Positions 28,320-40,926 of a DNA stretch of 64,000 bases are shown here, in pieces. Source of the DNA: the human T2T-CHM13v2.0 reference genome, Homo sapiens; NCBI RefSeq assembly GCF_009914755.1, contig NC_060926.1; one strand, given 5' to 3'. The notes beneath the pieces were generated by a model, which saw only the letters and a program-made list of their open reading frames with translations, had not been told where the DNA came from and ran no database searches. The stretch's first letter is position 1; every line of letters starts with the position of its first letter. Both the position numbers and the translations under genes were made by a program.

Positions 28320-30030
28320 CCTGTTCCACAACTTCCTGCCTCCTTCCTAGTAGAAGACCTTGCTTTCTGCATCTCAGAAAAAATTGAAACCATCAGCCAG
28401 AAGAATTTCTCTGATATCCAACCATTGAGTCTGCTAGACTGCCTTCCCCCTTTGTCTGCCATCTTCCTGCTGTACTCTGCTTTCCACTGTCCTGCTTTCT
28501 CAGAAATTGTCCACTAATAATTCTCTGTTTTCTCTCCTGTGTATTCAGCTGTGCCGTCTCAAAAGGATTATCCTTCGAGGCAGGAAATTATGTTCAAGTC
28601 TATTTTATTGAACAACAAATACAAATTTAAAATATCTCCCTTGGTCCCATACTACCTCTAGCTACCATCTTCTCTGCCCTCTACTTCTAAACTAGCCTTT
28701 TAGAAGGAGTTCTGTAGGTTTGCATTTCTATTTCTTTCTTCATCATGTGTTCATTCTTCAGCTCACTGTGATCTGCTTTTAACTCATGACTCCTTTCAAA
28801 CAGCTCTTGGTAAGGCCACCACTGATCTTTTTATCATTAAACTTACCAGGCATTTTCTATTTCCCCTCTTTCTCTATTAATTCTCAGTATTCAACATCAC
28901 AGAAATCTTTTCTTGGAATATTCTCTTTCATTGGCCTCCAAGGCATCACATTCCCTGTTTTCCTTTCTTCTCTCTGGGCACAATCTGACTCCTCTTCTAC
29001 TTAGCTATTAAAAGTTGCAGTTGATTACCCAGTGCTATCACACTTGGCAAGTTTATTCATGCCCATAGCATCGACTGCCATCTGTAATTGAACTGCAAAT
29101 TTATATTCTCAGCCCAACTGCTTAGTTGATGCCTTCTTTGACGTCTAAAAGTTATCTCACATAGCATGTTTAAATCAAACCCATAATATTTCTGCTTCTC
29201 TCCTCTCCCAAGCTTGGTATCCCAAGTGTTCTTTGTTTCAATAAATGGTGGCATCATTCAACTAGTTACATAAGAAAAGCCAAATTCACCCTTGAAGCCT
29301 CCCCTTTCCTTACAGCCAGTGCCATCACCAAACAAAAGTTTCTCATATAGTTTCTAAAGACTTCTAAAATCCATCCATTTCCTACCCATCCACACCCACC
29401 AATTTAGTCCAAGACCCCATCTCTTCTTCCTTGAATGATAACAATTGTCTTCTAATTTAGCTTCCCTTCAGCTGGAGTGATCTTTTCCAAAAGCAGATTG
29501 ATCCTACCACTTCCTAAATCTTTTGGTGACTTCCTTTGCTAATTCTTATCATGGCCTACAAGGTTCTCCAACACTCTCTGCCTCCCTCTTTTCCAGCCTC
29601 ACCTACTACGCTCTCCTCCCTCTTCCAAGCAGGCACATTGTTCTTGTTTTTTCAGTACCTCAAAATGCTATATTCTCGTTAGTCACAGGACTTTCTCCAC
29701 ACCAAGTCTTTCCCTTCTCTGTCTAATGAACTCTTGCTCTTCTTCAGGGTCTCACTTTCTCAGGGAAGATTTTCCTGACCTCAAGTTGTGGATCCAGTTT
29801 TTTTGTTATTGTTACCGGCTCTCATAAAAGAGCCTTTCTTCCATTAATCATCCTTATCTCAGCTGTTAATTATACTCTCATTAGTGGGGTGATTTGATTA
29901 GCATACATTTCCATAAGCCTGAAAGCTGTTTTCTAGTGGGAACCATGTCTGTTTTTACTCCTGTTGCATCCTGATGCCAGCACTGGGCCTGGTGTGTTGC
30001 AGGAGATCAAAGAGTGAAGGAATGAAGAGC
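28320..30030 (+). mobile_element. Long decayed L2
   Basis: Pyrimidine-rich L2 ORF2/3' remnants ending ...gcactgggcctggtgtgttgcaggagatcaaag. Confidence 0.65.
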
Positions 30031-32039
30031 TAGGTGCCCTGGCTCGAAGGATGCTTTATATTTCTTGTCACAGGGGTCATCAAAGATTATTTCTGGTGTA
30101 TCAAAGCACCAACATTGCCCTCCGTCCATGGGAATGAGTTATATTCTGTGAAGAAATATTTCTAGGGTTTTGATAAATACTTGTTGAAAGAATGGGTTTT
30201 GGGAAATCTCACAGTTAGCCTTTCTCTTATTATGTAGCCAAAAAGGAATATGCAGATACTGTGTACCCAGCTCCTAACCACATGCTGGAGGCTGTTCCTG
30301 TCATCATGATATATCATGGAACCCAGTACTGTTATCTAAAGATGGTTAAAACTGGGAAGAGTTGTGGGTTATAGTTTTTTTTATTATTATTTTTTACTTG
30401 TTAGAAGAGAAAAATCTATCTGACTTCTGCTGTTTTTGTCTCAGTTGCTTTTTAATTTCCTTCTCGCTCTTTCCCACTGCCCACATAAAAAATATTGCTC
30501 TATTATATAGACTTCTTTCCTTGCTTGGATATGAATCTGAGTTGAGCATAAAAGGGAAGCTGTAAGTAATCAACAAAGCCATAAAACTGGGTTGAATGTT
30601 AGGATTGTATAAAAATATTTTCCTATAAAATGCTCTGGGAATTGTTTTAGAATTTAGGAAACACAAACAATTCCACTCTGAGTTGGACACCACTCAAGAT
30701 TAGGGCCTCCCAGAAGTCAGCCGCTATGGCATATGTCTGAAAATCTAGAAAGTGAAAGTGTTAGATTTTAGTTTTGATTTGGCAAATTTCCATAAAGGAA
30801 GACTAAAACAGGAAGTAGTAGGTGGGGGATAGTGAGCTTCCTTCCTTCAGAGGAATAGAATTAAAATGTTGGAAAAAATAACATTGGGAATATCCAGATA
30901 GGGCAAAGTTGAGAAGTGGATTGGGTGGTAACCCCACCTCCCTACAGCTCCTCCCACTGTCTCACTTCCCTCTGGTGGTGCTGACCCTGCATCCATGCAC
31001 TCAGTCAGCTTCTCATGCCCAGTCCTTTGAGAGGCTACCTTGACCACGTGAGGCAAGCCTGCGTGTTAGGAATCCCCTCCGTTCACCTGCTCATACTTCA
31101 TTCTTTCCTGTCAAAGCCCCTCCTCATCGACTTTCCAGCCCATTTTCTGTTTCTATTTTGCCTACTCTGGTGGTGCCATGCGCCGTCTGCACTATAATCA
31201 CTGACATGCTTGTTAAAATGCAGATTCCTTGGCCTAGCCAGCACTCAGGATCTCTGGGAATGAGGCCAGGAATCCAGATTTTGGCCAACTTACTAAGTAA
31301 ATTATGCACATTAGGGTTTGAAAACCATTCACTTGGTCCCTTTAGTTTTTAAATTCCTGGTTCCTTTGCTTGGGTACTGAGCTTACCTTTCTTTCCTGAA
31401 TCAGCAGTCCTGTGGGCAGCCTTTTAGGTAATTTTCTGGCTCATCTTAGCCTCAGGACACCCTCATTTTCTCAGGCAATCAAGCAGTCCCACTCCACACT
31501 CCTGACCCCAATATCTAGGTGAGTTTGGCCTTATGGGCAGGACAGGGATATCTAACTTGTTAGTTGTAAACATGAGATATTATCCTGCCCAATGACACTT
31601 GTCTTTCTAAAAGAAGACTTTATTCTCCAAACAAATAGATATCTGGGGAATTTTGTGCACTCAAGACTAAATGTACCAAGGTTAATTTCAGTGGGAAATC
31701 TTGACAAGCACTCTTCAAATCATAGTTAGAGTCTGGCTGCACATCTTACCTAATCGTAGGGATCACTATAGTGACTGTGAAGACAATTTACCCTTTGAAA
31801 TATTTGTCCAATGATCTAATGGGTTTATGGAAGCTTGCTGCTCCTTGAAATACTACCATATCAACTAGCTTCCTGGCAATGTGTGTAGGGAGGTCATGCC
31901 AGCCTGTGTTGGGTCATCTTTAAGAAAAGGATAGAGGTCCAGGAATATGATAAATAAAAGAGACAGAAGAGGATCTTTCTTAAGACCTTGGGCTTTTGGA
32001 ATTGGTCATCACTGAGATTCACTTCTGGCAAAGAAATTT

Positions 32040-32190
32040 CAGAGAAGTTACTTCAACTATGCCCCATTGTTCTCAAATTAAATTAAGGACGATACTGATT
32101 TCATGGAGTATGAGGATTAAATGTGATAATGCACATACAGTGCTTGGCACAAGATCTACAGAGTAATGCCTGTTGTTATCGTAGTCATTA
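32040..32190 (+). mobile_element. MIR fragment
   Basis: tgaggattaaatgtgataatgcacatacagtgcttggcaca. Confidence 0.65.
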
Positions 32191-32696
32191 TTATAACATT
32201 TGAAATGGGGAGAGGGAAGGAAGCAGTTTTGTTCTTCCACTTTTCAGAGCTTCAAACTTTTGGGAGCATACATTTCTATTTTCACTCATGTGCCTTTTCC
32301 TCTATGAAGCAAGGACCTTGGGGGTATCTTGCACTGTGTGTCTTTTCCCACCCCATTTAGTATACAGATGAACACCCAGGCCAAAGAGCTCTGCAGCATG
32401 AGGGGAACACACAGGAAAGGCAAGGGCCGCCTGCCCTTGGTGATCACTGGGGATGAGCTCTGAGGTCCTGCATGCTGGTGTAGAACAGCTGTAGTGCCTT
32501 CTTCTGTTCAGCTGCTTCTTTTTAGTGTTGGGACCAACTTGGGCATCCTGCTGTGAAAGCCATCTCAGTTTGGGAAAGTGGGTGAGAGGGTTAGGGAATA
32601 AAGGGAGAGTGTGGGTGAGTGACTACATGTGATGGGTAAGGGGCTTTGGAGAGATGGATAACGGGAATTTGTGAGTAGGGATGGATAGATTCTCAT

Positions 32697-33056
32697 TGTC
32701 TTAGGTAGCTGGGGCTGCTATAACAGAATGCCATAGACTGAGTAGCATAAACAATAGAAATTTATTTCCTACAGTTCTGGAAGCTAGAAGTCCAAGGTCG
32801 CTGTGTCAATATGGTCAGTTTCTGGTCAGGGCACTCTTCCTAGTTTGCTGATGGCCATGTTCTTACCTTGTCCTTCCTATGGCAGAGAGCAGAGAGAGAG
32901 ACACAAGCTCTCTTGTGTCTCTTATAAAGGACTAATCCCATCACGAGGGCACCTCCTTCATGACCTAATTACTTCCCAAAGCCCTTGGCTCATCACATTG
33001 GGTGATGGTTTCAGCATTTGAATTTGGGGAAGGACACAAAGCTGCAGTCTATAACA
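32697..33056 (-). mobile_element. MLT1A-like MaLR LTR
   Basis: tgtcttaggtagctggggctgctataacagaatgccatagactg...gcagtctataaca. Confidence 0.8.
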
Positions 33057-35316
33057 CATATCAAGTCTTCTATTAATTAGTGCATCAGTAAAGCATCTAG
33101 AGTAGTGAGATAAAACCTAGAGATTTCAGCATAGAGAGCGTTGGGAGGAGAGGGCTTCCAGGGTTGGGAGCAGTGTCAGATGAAAGAGTAGAAAACAAAC
33201 AGAAACTGGAAGTAAAAAGAAGAAAGAAAGGAAGGAAAGAAGGTGGAAGAGAGAGCAAGAGAGAGAGAGAGATACACAAAATGTAGGGAACCTAATTTTG
33301 AATCTGTATGAAAATCTCTGCAGCTACTGGAATATGTACAGCTAACATGCCATCAGATAGTGACTGCGACAGGGCAGCTGGCCCTTAGGGTTCATGTCAT
33401 TGCTGATGTTGTTTAGTCACTTGTTTCTAATTGTCAGTCTTTTCCCCTTGCAAGCTGCCCAGCTTGAGAGAGAAGCCAGGACCAAAGTATGCAACTCCTT
33501 GATGCTGAATTTGGTGCTTGTGAGATATGAGGCTCCATGGCCTCCGTCCTCTTCCTCTGTTTTCCTGAACTGGGTAGAAATAAATAACAGTGTCTCAGAG
33601 CATTGCCTGTGGGGTTCAGAGAAGCAATTTCTACAATCAGATGCTCCTTTCACCTTTGAAGATGAAGGAGAAGAACATACTTGGTGTGTCCCCACCATAC
33701 CCACTGTGCTGGGAGCCATGACTGAAATACTGCTCTTGGATTCTGAGCTCAGGAGCTCCATTAGAGAGTATTACTAAAGCCAGTTGTGGTGCCCAGCGCT
33801 GAGCACTTTCATTGTGCAGGCAGGCCACACATGCCTAGGAATAAGTGAAAACGACTTTGCCTCTGCACGGGAATGTCTGCACTCCGCATCCTGTGTTATT
33901 TCTTGATTTATAATTTCTTCAATTCGTAGTCTTCCCTCAGCTAACAAGTGAAGAGTGAGCATACCCCTTCATCATGAATTTGGCGTTTTTACTGCCACAA
34001 ATATTTTAAATGACATTCTACAGCTTTAACTCATCTGAGTATCTGAGGTGAGCTATGATTTTATTCCAAAGCTGTTTCTAGCTTCCCAGCAACCATTCTG
34101 GTTCTCTCGGGGCTCATCTGCCTCTCACCGCTCTGAAAGTCTCCAGTTCCTTGCCACTCTTTTATAAACAATTTAAATTGTCTCCTCCTCCTGGGGAGCA
34201 GAGGGTGAATGATTTCTTTTGAGAAGATTCAGCTTTAATTGCACCTCTTATTAAACACACACAATGTTTGACATATGATTTGTGGGGATCTTGGAGGGGA
34301 CTTGTGGATTCCTTAAAGCTTATCCACATACCCCTATTGAAGATGCCTCAATTTAAATAAAACATCTTTATTACTTGTTTCTGATACTAACTGTGTTGGA
34401 TAGTCTATCTTCTCAAAATTCCCTCTTTCAGTGCCTTTGCAGTTGTTGCCACTACAATTCTGTTACCAGCTGCTTATTGTTCTTTTGATGGAGCTGCTGG
34501 GGGTGAGGTGGCACAGAGGATAGGCAACCCAAGGTGTAGGAGGCAGACTGCCAGGGCTCACAGGGATTATCACTGATGTTTCAAAGCCTGCCACAGGTTT
34601 CCTGTCTTGTGTTTTCAAACACAGGGGGCTGGATCAAAGCTTGGGTGGTAGTTGTGGAGGTACATGGCTCAGATCCCTCTTTGAGGAAGAATGGCAGGGC
34701 ATTGGCTGACAGCCTCCAGCTGCAGGGCTTCAGCATCCACCATGGTGTTCAAACACAGAACACTTTCCCTAGAGAGCCCCAGCCAGCGGCTGAGCACGGC
34801 AGGGCATCAGGCCTGGCCATTCTGTTAACGTGCAATGTCTCTCTGGGCAATCTTTGCACGTGTTGGGCTGGGAGCTGCACCACAGTCTGAGGCTCTTCCT
34901 AACCACCCCTTTTTTCCCAGGTGTCAGATTGGCATGGTGGTCTGAAGGCTGTCCCTGAGTACTTCTGCTTTCTTTCCCCTTTGTCTTTCTCAGATGTTAT
35001 TCCCCCCAACCTCCTGTCCTACGAAAACTCTTGTGCTTATAACTCTGTTGTGTCTGCATCCTGACACAGCTTTATTCATAGGCAACATCACTGTCATTTC
35101 GCATAATCCCACCTCCCTTCCCAGATCTCAACCTGGGAACTGTTCCCACATCTTCCCAACCCATTTCATCACAGAGTTAAGAGTTTACTGAACATTGATT
35201 CCATCCTTCTAGCTATGCAAGTTATTAGGGTTTCTAGTACCATCCCATTTAGCATCCTATAGGATGTTTAGGACCCCTAGAGAAGAGACAGAGGCACGAG
35301 AGAGTGAAACACATAC

Positions 35317-35322
35317 TTTATT
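35317..35322 (-). terminator. TACR1: Distal polyadenylation signal AATAAA of TACR1
   Basis: Plus strand tttatt; the downstream minus-strand sequence GTATGTGTTTCACTCTCTCGTGCCTCTGTCTCTTCT is U/GU-rich. Confidence 0.75.
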
Positions 35323-37875
35323 TCTGTATAAAGATTCTTTCCAGGAGACCAGGCTGGAAAACACGGAAACCTCAGGAATGGCCCCTCTCCACTTATACTC
35401 CTCTCCTCACAAATCAGGCCAATGAGGTCAGTTCCTGAGTCCCCTTTCTCCAGGATTCCACTCAGTCCTTGTCTCTTAGTGTCCTGTTGGGGGATAAGGA
35501 GGAGAAGGACTCTTGTTCTCTAGCTTCTCCGATAAAGGCCCCCCCACCGCCCCTCAATTACTGTGGTCTAGGAACTGTGAGTTCATGATATACATCAGGG
35601 CTCCTCCCTGAGAAAGCATGAGGAGGAAGAGGAGGAAGAGATTCACACAATACAAATATCACAGTGACAGCAATGAGATCTCACATTTTGGAAGTCACGT
35701 AACAAAGATGGTTCCTTGATATTTCATATTCTATTACTACTGGACATTACACCAAGTAAACACACTTGGATAAACACAGGGTGATGCATTTCTAGAATAA
35801 GAATGTGACCCATGCACAGTACAAATCATGGTGTTTCTCACATGTGGGAGTTGATGACATTTTTATAAGTTAGTGGACATTGGAGACTGGGTCAGAGGAA
35901 GGCTTGCTGGCACTGTCCAAGCAGATGCTTTGCCATATTGGAAACTGCCCGGACCACCCAACATTCCCTCTTACTATGCACAGAGATGATACTGTTCAAC
36001 CAAATTCCTTTAGGTCCCCTGGACTGACTGCCAGCTCCCTTTGGAAGTACCCCACAGAACTCTCATTCCAGAGGCTCTCCAAAGGTCCCAGTCTTTGGCT
36101 TGACTGCCCATGTTGAGTGTGGGTTTTTAGAATTCTGTGGAGAATCTGTCCTCTCAGATGCCTCCAAGACTGCTGGGCAGCTTAGACTCACTAGGACTGG
36201 TGAGTTAGTTAGTGATGGCCAATAAGGTAGGCTCTTCAAGAGCTGCAGGGGCTGTGTGTTCCCAGTTCAGGGCAAAGTCCAGAGGAGGCACTCAGTTAAT
36301 CCTCGTTGAGCTCAACTCTAACCTTCTCTTCCATAGATGGGGTGTCCCCAACTTCTTGACACCATCTTCTCAGGTACTTCTCATAATCATGTTAGCTCTT
36401 TACATTCTTCCAAAGTGAGTAATCCATACACAGCAAGATTCTCTATTGGAAGTATGACTAATGCTTAGGGCACTAACTTTTGTTGCTTCTAAATTTTGTC
36501 TTCCATTTATATATCTGCAATGATCTGGCTTCACTTAGTTTATTTAAAACTTTCCATGCTGCTTTAGAGAATGTAGTTCTTGAGGTTTTCTGGCTTATAC
36601 TGTTTCTTCTTCCCCCAGGCCTGTGGATGCCCTGGTAGAATTAGAGCCAGCAGGGCTGGCAAAGGCTGTAAACCATGCATTATTCTCCCCTTAATGTTAT
36701 GGATGCGGCACATGTGCATCCATTATGCAAACTACCAGGAGGACATTCATGGATGTTACATGAAGCTTCTGCTTCCAGCCATATCTGGAAAAAACACAGA
36801 TTTGGGAGACAGAAAAAAAAACAAAACAAAACTGCATGCTCACCTTCTGGAAACTCTAAATCTAAATTAGGATATAAAGCATTCAGTTCATGGCTCTTGG
36901 AAGACTGACTGTCCTTTAGGGTTGATGAGTCATTCTACCCCTTAGAGACAGGAAGCTGGCAAAGCCATGGAGCAGGGAGGAGACATTCAGAGAGTCTGAA
37001 GGGAAGATGCAAGATGCCCTCTTCCCAGAAGTGCAGCTGCAAAGTGCAGCCTTCTTGCTTGTCGCACATATGAGCACGATGCTAGTGTAAAACTAAGAAT
37101 GAAGGTTAGGGCCCCCACCCTAAAATACCCAAAAGGTTAAAGCAGGGAGCCCACATTTGTCTTCTCTGACAGTGTTCTGCAGCTATGAAATTCTGCCTGC
37201 TAAAGCTGGATGGATGCAGGCCTTGGCATGAAGTCCTCTGCTCTGTCAAAAGCCAAAACCTTCCATGAGAAGGAATGTACTCAGGATTTTAAGATAAATC
37301 GGAGAATGTCTGAGATGGATAGTTACAGATGGCCTTAGCAGTTGCTACATCTCCAGGAACTGGGTATTAGTTACAAGACTCACTGCTCCTATTCTTTTCT
37401 ATTCTTTTATTCTTCGTTTTGTTTTTTTTTGTAAAACAAACAAAAAACTCATACAATCCTTGAACCACGGGATGTTAAGATTCGAAGGAACACTTAGATT
37501 ATCTAGTTCAGTCCCCTTGTTTACAAGTAGGAAAAGAGGGTCAACTACACATTAAATGTAGTGCAAGTCTCCCAATTCCTGGTCTGTAAGAGAACTAGCA
37601 GGTATCAGTGGACATATTCTGCTTGCGTCGGCTGCTCAGGACAGTCACCGGGGACATAATGTGGAAGCCCGAGGTTCTCAATCTCATGATGTATAAATGT
37701 ACTGAAATACTGAGATGCCAAAAAGGGGAATACATATGTTTCTTTTCACAGATGCTTAGAAGACAGGGCTAAATTTTTCATTTAGATGTTATGTGGTGCC
37801 TTCTTTTGTTCACCCTGTCAAGCGTAGGCTGGGGTGATAGGAGCCTCCAGCTGCAGGAGGCTAATCTGAGATAAC

Positions 37876-38030
37876 TTTATTGAAGTAACACGGGGCTCCA
37901 GGAAAATGAGTCTTCCGGGTCCGCAGCTGTGCTGCAGAATTCATCCTGAAATGAGCACTCGCATGCAGCCAAAGTCACTTCCAGAATGGAATGAATGGGC
38001 TCTTGGGAAAAGCTGGTCCGACCTTTTATT
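37876..38030 (-). terminator. TACR1: Two candidate proximal poly(A) signals (AATAAA at 38025-38030 and 37876-37881)
   Basis: Canonical hexamers ~240 and ~390 nt after the stop codon. Whether they are used cannot be shown from sequence. Confidence 0.5.
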
Positions 38031-38270
38031 TTACAGGCTCAGCAAAGTTCAGTGATTTGGTTTGAGTCACACAGCATGAGGGTGGCAAAGATAGGGAAGA
38101 ATTGAGATTTTTTGACTCAAGGATGGAATGTTTTCCCTAACCCATACTGACCCTTTTTGCAAGTCCCAGTGTGAGGGTGTTTCTGATGGTTCCAGATGAA
38201 GGGAATTTCCATGCATGAAGGGAGGCAGGTCAAAGGCAGTGGGGGCTGCACCTGCCAAAGGCCCTGTGGC

Positions 38271-38562
38271 CTAGGAGAGCACATTGGAGGAGAAGCTGAA
38301 GCTCTCTGTCATGGTCTTGGAGTCACTTCGTGAAGAGCAGTTGGAGGTCAGGTCCAGGGACGAGGGTGTGGCCTTGGGGCCGTCCTCTGGCTCCTCCTCG
38401 TGGGCCCCCACCACTGTGGAGATGGTGGTCTCCAGGCGGCTGACTTTGTACACACTGCCCTGGGTCTGGAGATACCGGGTGGATTTCATTTCCAGCCCCT
38501 CATAGTCGCCGGCGCTGATGAAGGGGCAGCACCGGAAGGCATGCTTGAAGCCCAGACGGAAC
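38271..38562 (-). CDS. TACR1: Tachykinin receptor 1 coding exon 5 (helix 8 and Ser/Thr-rich C-tail to the stop codon)
   Basis: (R)FRLGFKHAFRCCPFISAGDYEGLEMKSTRYLQTQGSVYKVSRLETTISTVVGAHEEEPEDGPKATPSSLDLTSNCSSRSDSKTMTESFSFSSNVLS*. Acceptor CTCTCCAG| (AG at 38563-38564); TAG at 38271-38273. 292 bp, and the frame matches the phase-2 end of exon 4. Confidence 0.98.
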
Positions 38563-39280
38563 CTGGAGAGCGAGCAGATGAAGAGGTGACCCTTTGGGAC
38601 GGCCTGCTCAGAGGGCTGCCCACCACTGCATCAGCTTGTTAACACATGGACATACCCAAGCGTGATTCTGTTATTGTTTTTAAAATTCAATGACAGCTGG
38701 AGATGCTGAGGCCAAAAAGGCTTAAGGGTCAGTCAACAAGGTCAAATCCAAGACTAGAAAAAAAAAATCCAACACTGGAACAATCTTTATGTGAAATACG
38801 TCTTTACTGGGGGTGGCCCTGAACTATGCTGTCTCCCCTCACATGGGGTCAGCAGACTTTGAGTCAATTCTACCTCAACAAAACGCATTCACCAAGTGTT
38901 TACTATGTGCACAGCACTGTGCTAGTTACTGGGTGGTAAAAACACATATCAAGATTCAGTCCTTCCCCTCGAGTAGCCTGTTAACTGAAGGAGGACTCTC
39001 TGCCAATCATGTTTCTTCAGTGTGCCTCAGTTTCTCTGGTTGTTAAATAGGAAGAATTAACCTTTACTTAAAGGCGTGCTGCTAGACTTAACCTAAAAAA
39101 AGTGTAGGTGGGTCATGAAACTCTTAGAAATAAGGGTGAATGTGTCAGTTAGACTAACAGAGACCCTTTGGACAAGTTGAAGAGAATGTCTTTCCCCAAA
39201 TTTCTAGTACCTGAGTGTCTAATTCACAGAAGGCACCTTACAGGCTGAGGACTGATGGATATAAAGATGGTAACAAGCAT

Positions 39281-39286
39281 TTTATT
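39281..39286 (-). terminator. TACR1: Candidate intronic poly(A) signal for the truncated isoform (intron 4)
   Basis: AATAAA ~800 nt past the read-through stop codon; an ATTAAA is also present at 39800-39805. Confidence 0.5.
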
Positions 39287-40085
39287 CCTCTCCCGCCTCC
39301 TTCCCCATCCAGAGGCTGGTGGTGCTCTGGATGACAGACTGTGCTGCAGCCACTATGTGTCCCTGCCTGCTTTTGGGAGCCCTCTGCACCCCATGGTGAA
39401 TTCCCTAATGCTGACCACCATTCTGGATGGGCTCTGCCTTCTCTTACTTCTCTGACATTGGCTTCTGCCATCTGCAGGATGGCTCTCCCCAACCCCTTTG
39501 ACTAAGTGAGGGCAGGAATCAGGCCTCTGGGGTCACAATTCCTTTTTGCCTTACCTTGTCCTGCTGGAACTGGTGGAAGAAAATGGGTAAAGCTGCTCAG
39601 ATCGTAAGATGGAATGGGAAAAAGACAGTGAGAGATCAGAGAGGGCGAATGTGCTCTGTGGGGGGATGAAATTCTCTTTCTGCATGCATAGCCCGCTGCG
39701 TACTGGATCCATAGAGCAGAGTGAACAAACTCACAGGCCATGGCCTGGAGCCTGGATCCAGCTTGCAGACCTGCCTTACATGCATTAACCACAGAAGTTT
39801 TTAATTCCCCCACTAGCTGCCAGTATTTATGAATCAGAAGACTTTGGACAATAATATGGATTTCTGGTTCCCTTTGGAAAAGAAAAAAAGAAAATCAGTC
39901 CACTCCGGGCTCCCATTCCTGGATGGTGATAATCAGCCAGGCTGAGTTGTGTGATGATAAGTTAGCTGCAGTCCCCACTTGTCCCTCTTGTCTCACAGCT
40001 GGGTTTACTCATTTAGGATGGCCGCTTGGCCACTGTGTATGTAGATGGTCTTGTGGCCCCTGGAGAGCTCATGGGGTTGGGATCC

Positions 40086-40286
40086 TCACCTGTCATTGAG
40101 GCAGCAGTAGATGATGGGGTTGTACATGGTGGAGCTCATGGCCAGCCACATGATGGCCAGGTAGACCTGCTGGATAAACTTCTTCAGGTAGAGATCTGGG
40201 TTGATGTAGGGCAGGAGGAAGAAGATGTGGAAGGGCAGCCAGCAGATGGCGAAGGTGCACACCACGACAATCATCATTTTGACCAC
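40086..40286 (-). CDS. TACR1: Alternative terminal exon 4 of truncated NK1R (311 aa, intron 4 read-through)
   Basis: If the donor is not used, GAC AG|G TGA reads ...LNDR* with the stop at 40086-40088. This matches the established short NK1R isoform that lacks the C-tail. Confidence 0.9.
   Translation of the reverse strand: MVKMMIVVVCTFAICWLPFHIFFLLPYINPDLYLKKFIQQVYLAIMWLAMSSTMYNPIIYCCLNDR
40090..40286 (-). CDS. TACR1: Tachykinin receptor 1 coding exon 4 (TM6-TM7)
   Basis: [65 protein letters not shown](R), with the class A GPCR motifs CWxP and NPxxY. Pyrimidine tract + CAG acceptor (AG at 40287-40288); donor GTGAGG at 40084-40089. 197 bp. Confidence 0.98.
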
Positions 40287-40467
40287 CTGGCAAGAGGGTG
40301 AGACAGGTGAGACCACCAGCACATCCCCCTCTCTCACGGCTGCTTCCTCTCTCCTCCCACGCCCTCACTGTGCACAGTATGGGATGAAGCGAGAAGTATT
40401 TAAAAGACGCCCCTTCAAGGAGGAGAAAGGATCTTTACTATATGGTGCTACAAGACTTCGGTTATGT

Positions 40468-40655
40468 CAGCTGTTCTCAGAGTGTGGTCCCAAAACCAGC
40501 ATCATCACCATCCCCTCAGAGCTTGTTAGAAATGCAAATTCTTGGACCCTATTTCAGACTTACTAAATCAGAAACTCTGGGGATAGGACCCCAAATTCTG
40601 AGTGTGACAAACCCTTCAGATGATTCTGATGCACACTCACATTTGGGGACTACTG
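40468..40655. mobile_element. MER5A MITE in intron 3
   Basis: cagctgttctcagagtgtggtcc...cttgttagaaatgcaaattcttgg...atttggggactactg. Confidence 0.8.
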
Positions 40656-40926
40656 TGTTACATTATTCTTCATGACTGGAGGAACACAGGGAGACAAATT
40701 AATGAGCAAAGGTGAAAGGGTGTTCAGGAGGAAAAGGCCTGGAACAGCAGGCTGGGTGGGCGGGCACAGCAGAAGGGGTGGGACAAGGGGAGATGCAGTG
40801 AGCTAGGGCAAGCTGCTTGGTTTTGAGACTGAAGGGGAGGGAAGGAGAAGGGAAAAGATTTGACTAGCTGCAGTCAGAGAGTGCCAGATGTTTAAAAGCG
40901 ATTTAAAAGGTTTTGTGAATACTGGA

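Larger units (their letters stand above)
35300..38270 (-). other. TACR1: TACR1 long 3'UTR (3' end approximate)
   Basis: Largely repeat-free sequence following the stop codon, ending at an AATAAA (35317-35322) followed by a U/GU-rich stretch on the minus strand. Confidence 0.75.

Noticed and set aside
38284-40566. Plus-strand and alternative-frame ORFs over exons 4-5
   Set aside because: Shadow ORFs of the GC-rich TACR1 coding exons.
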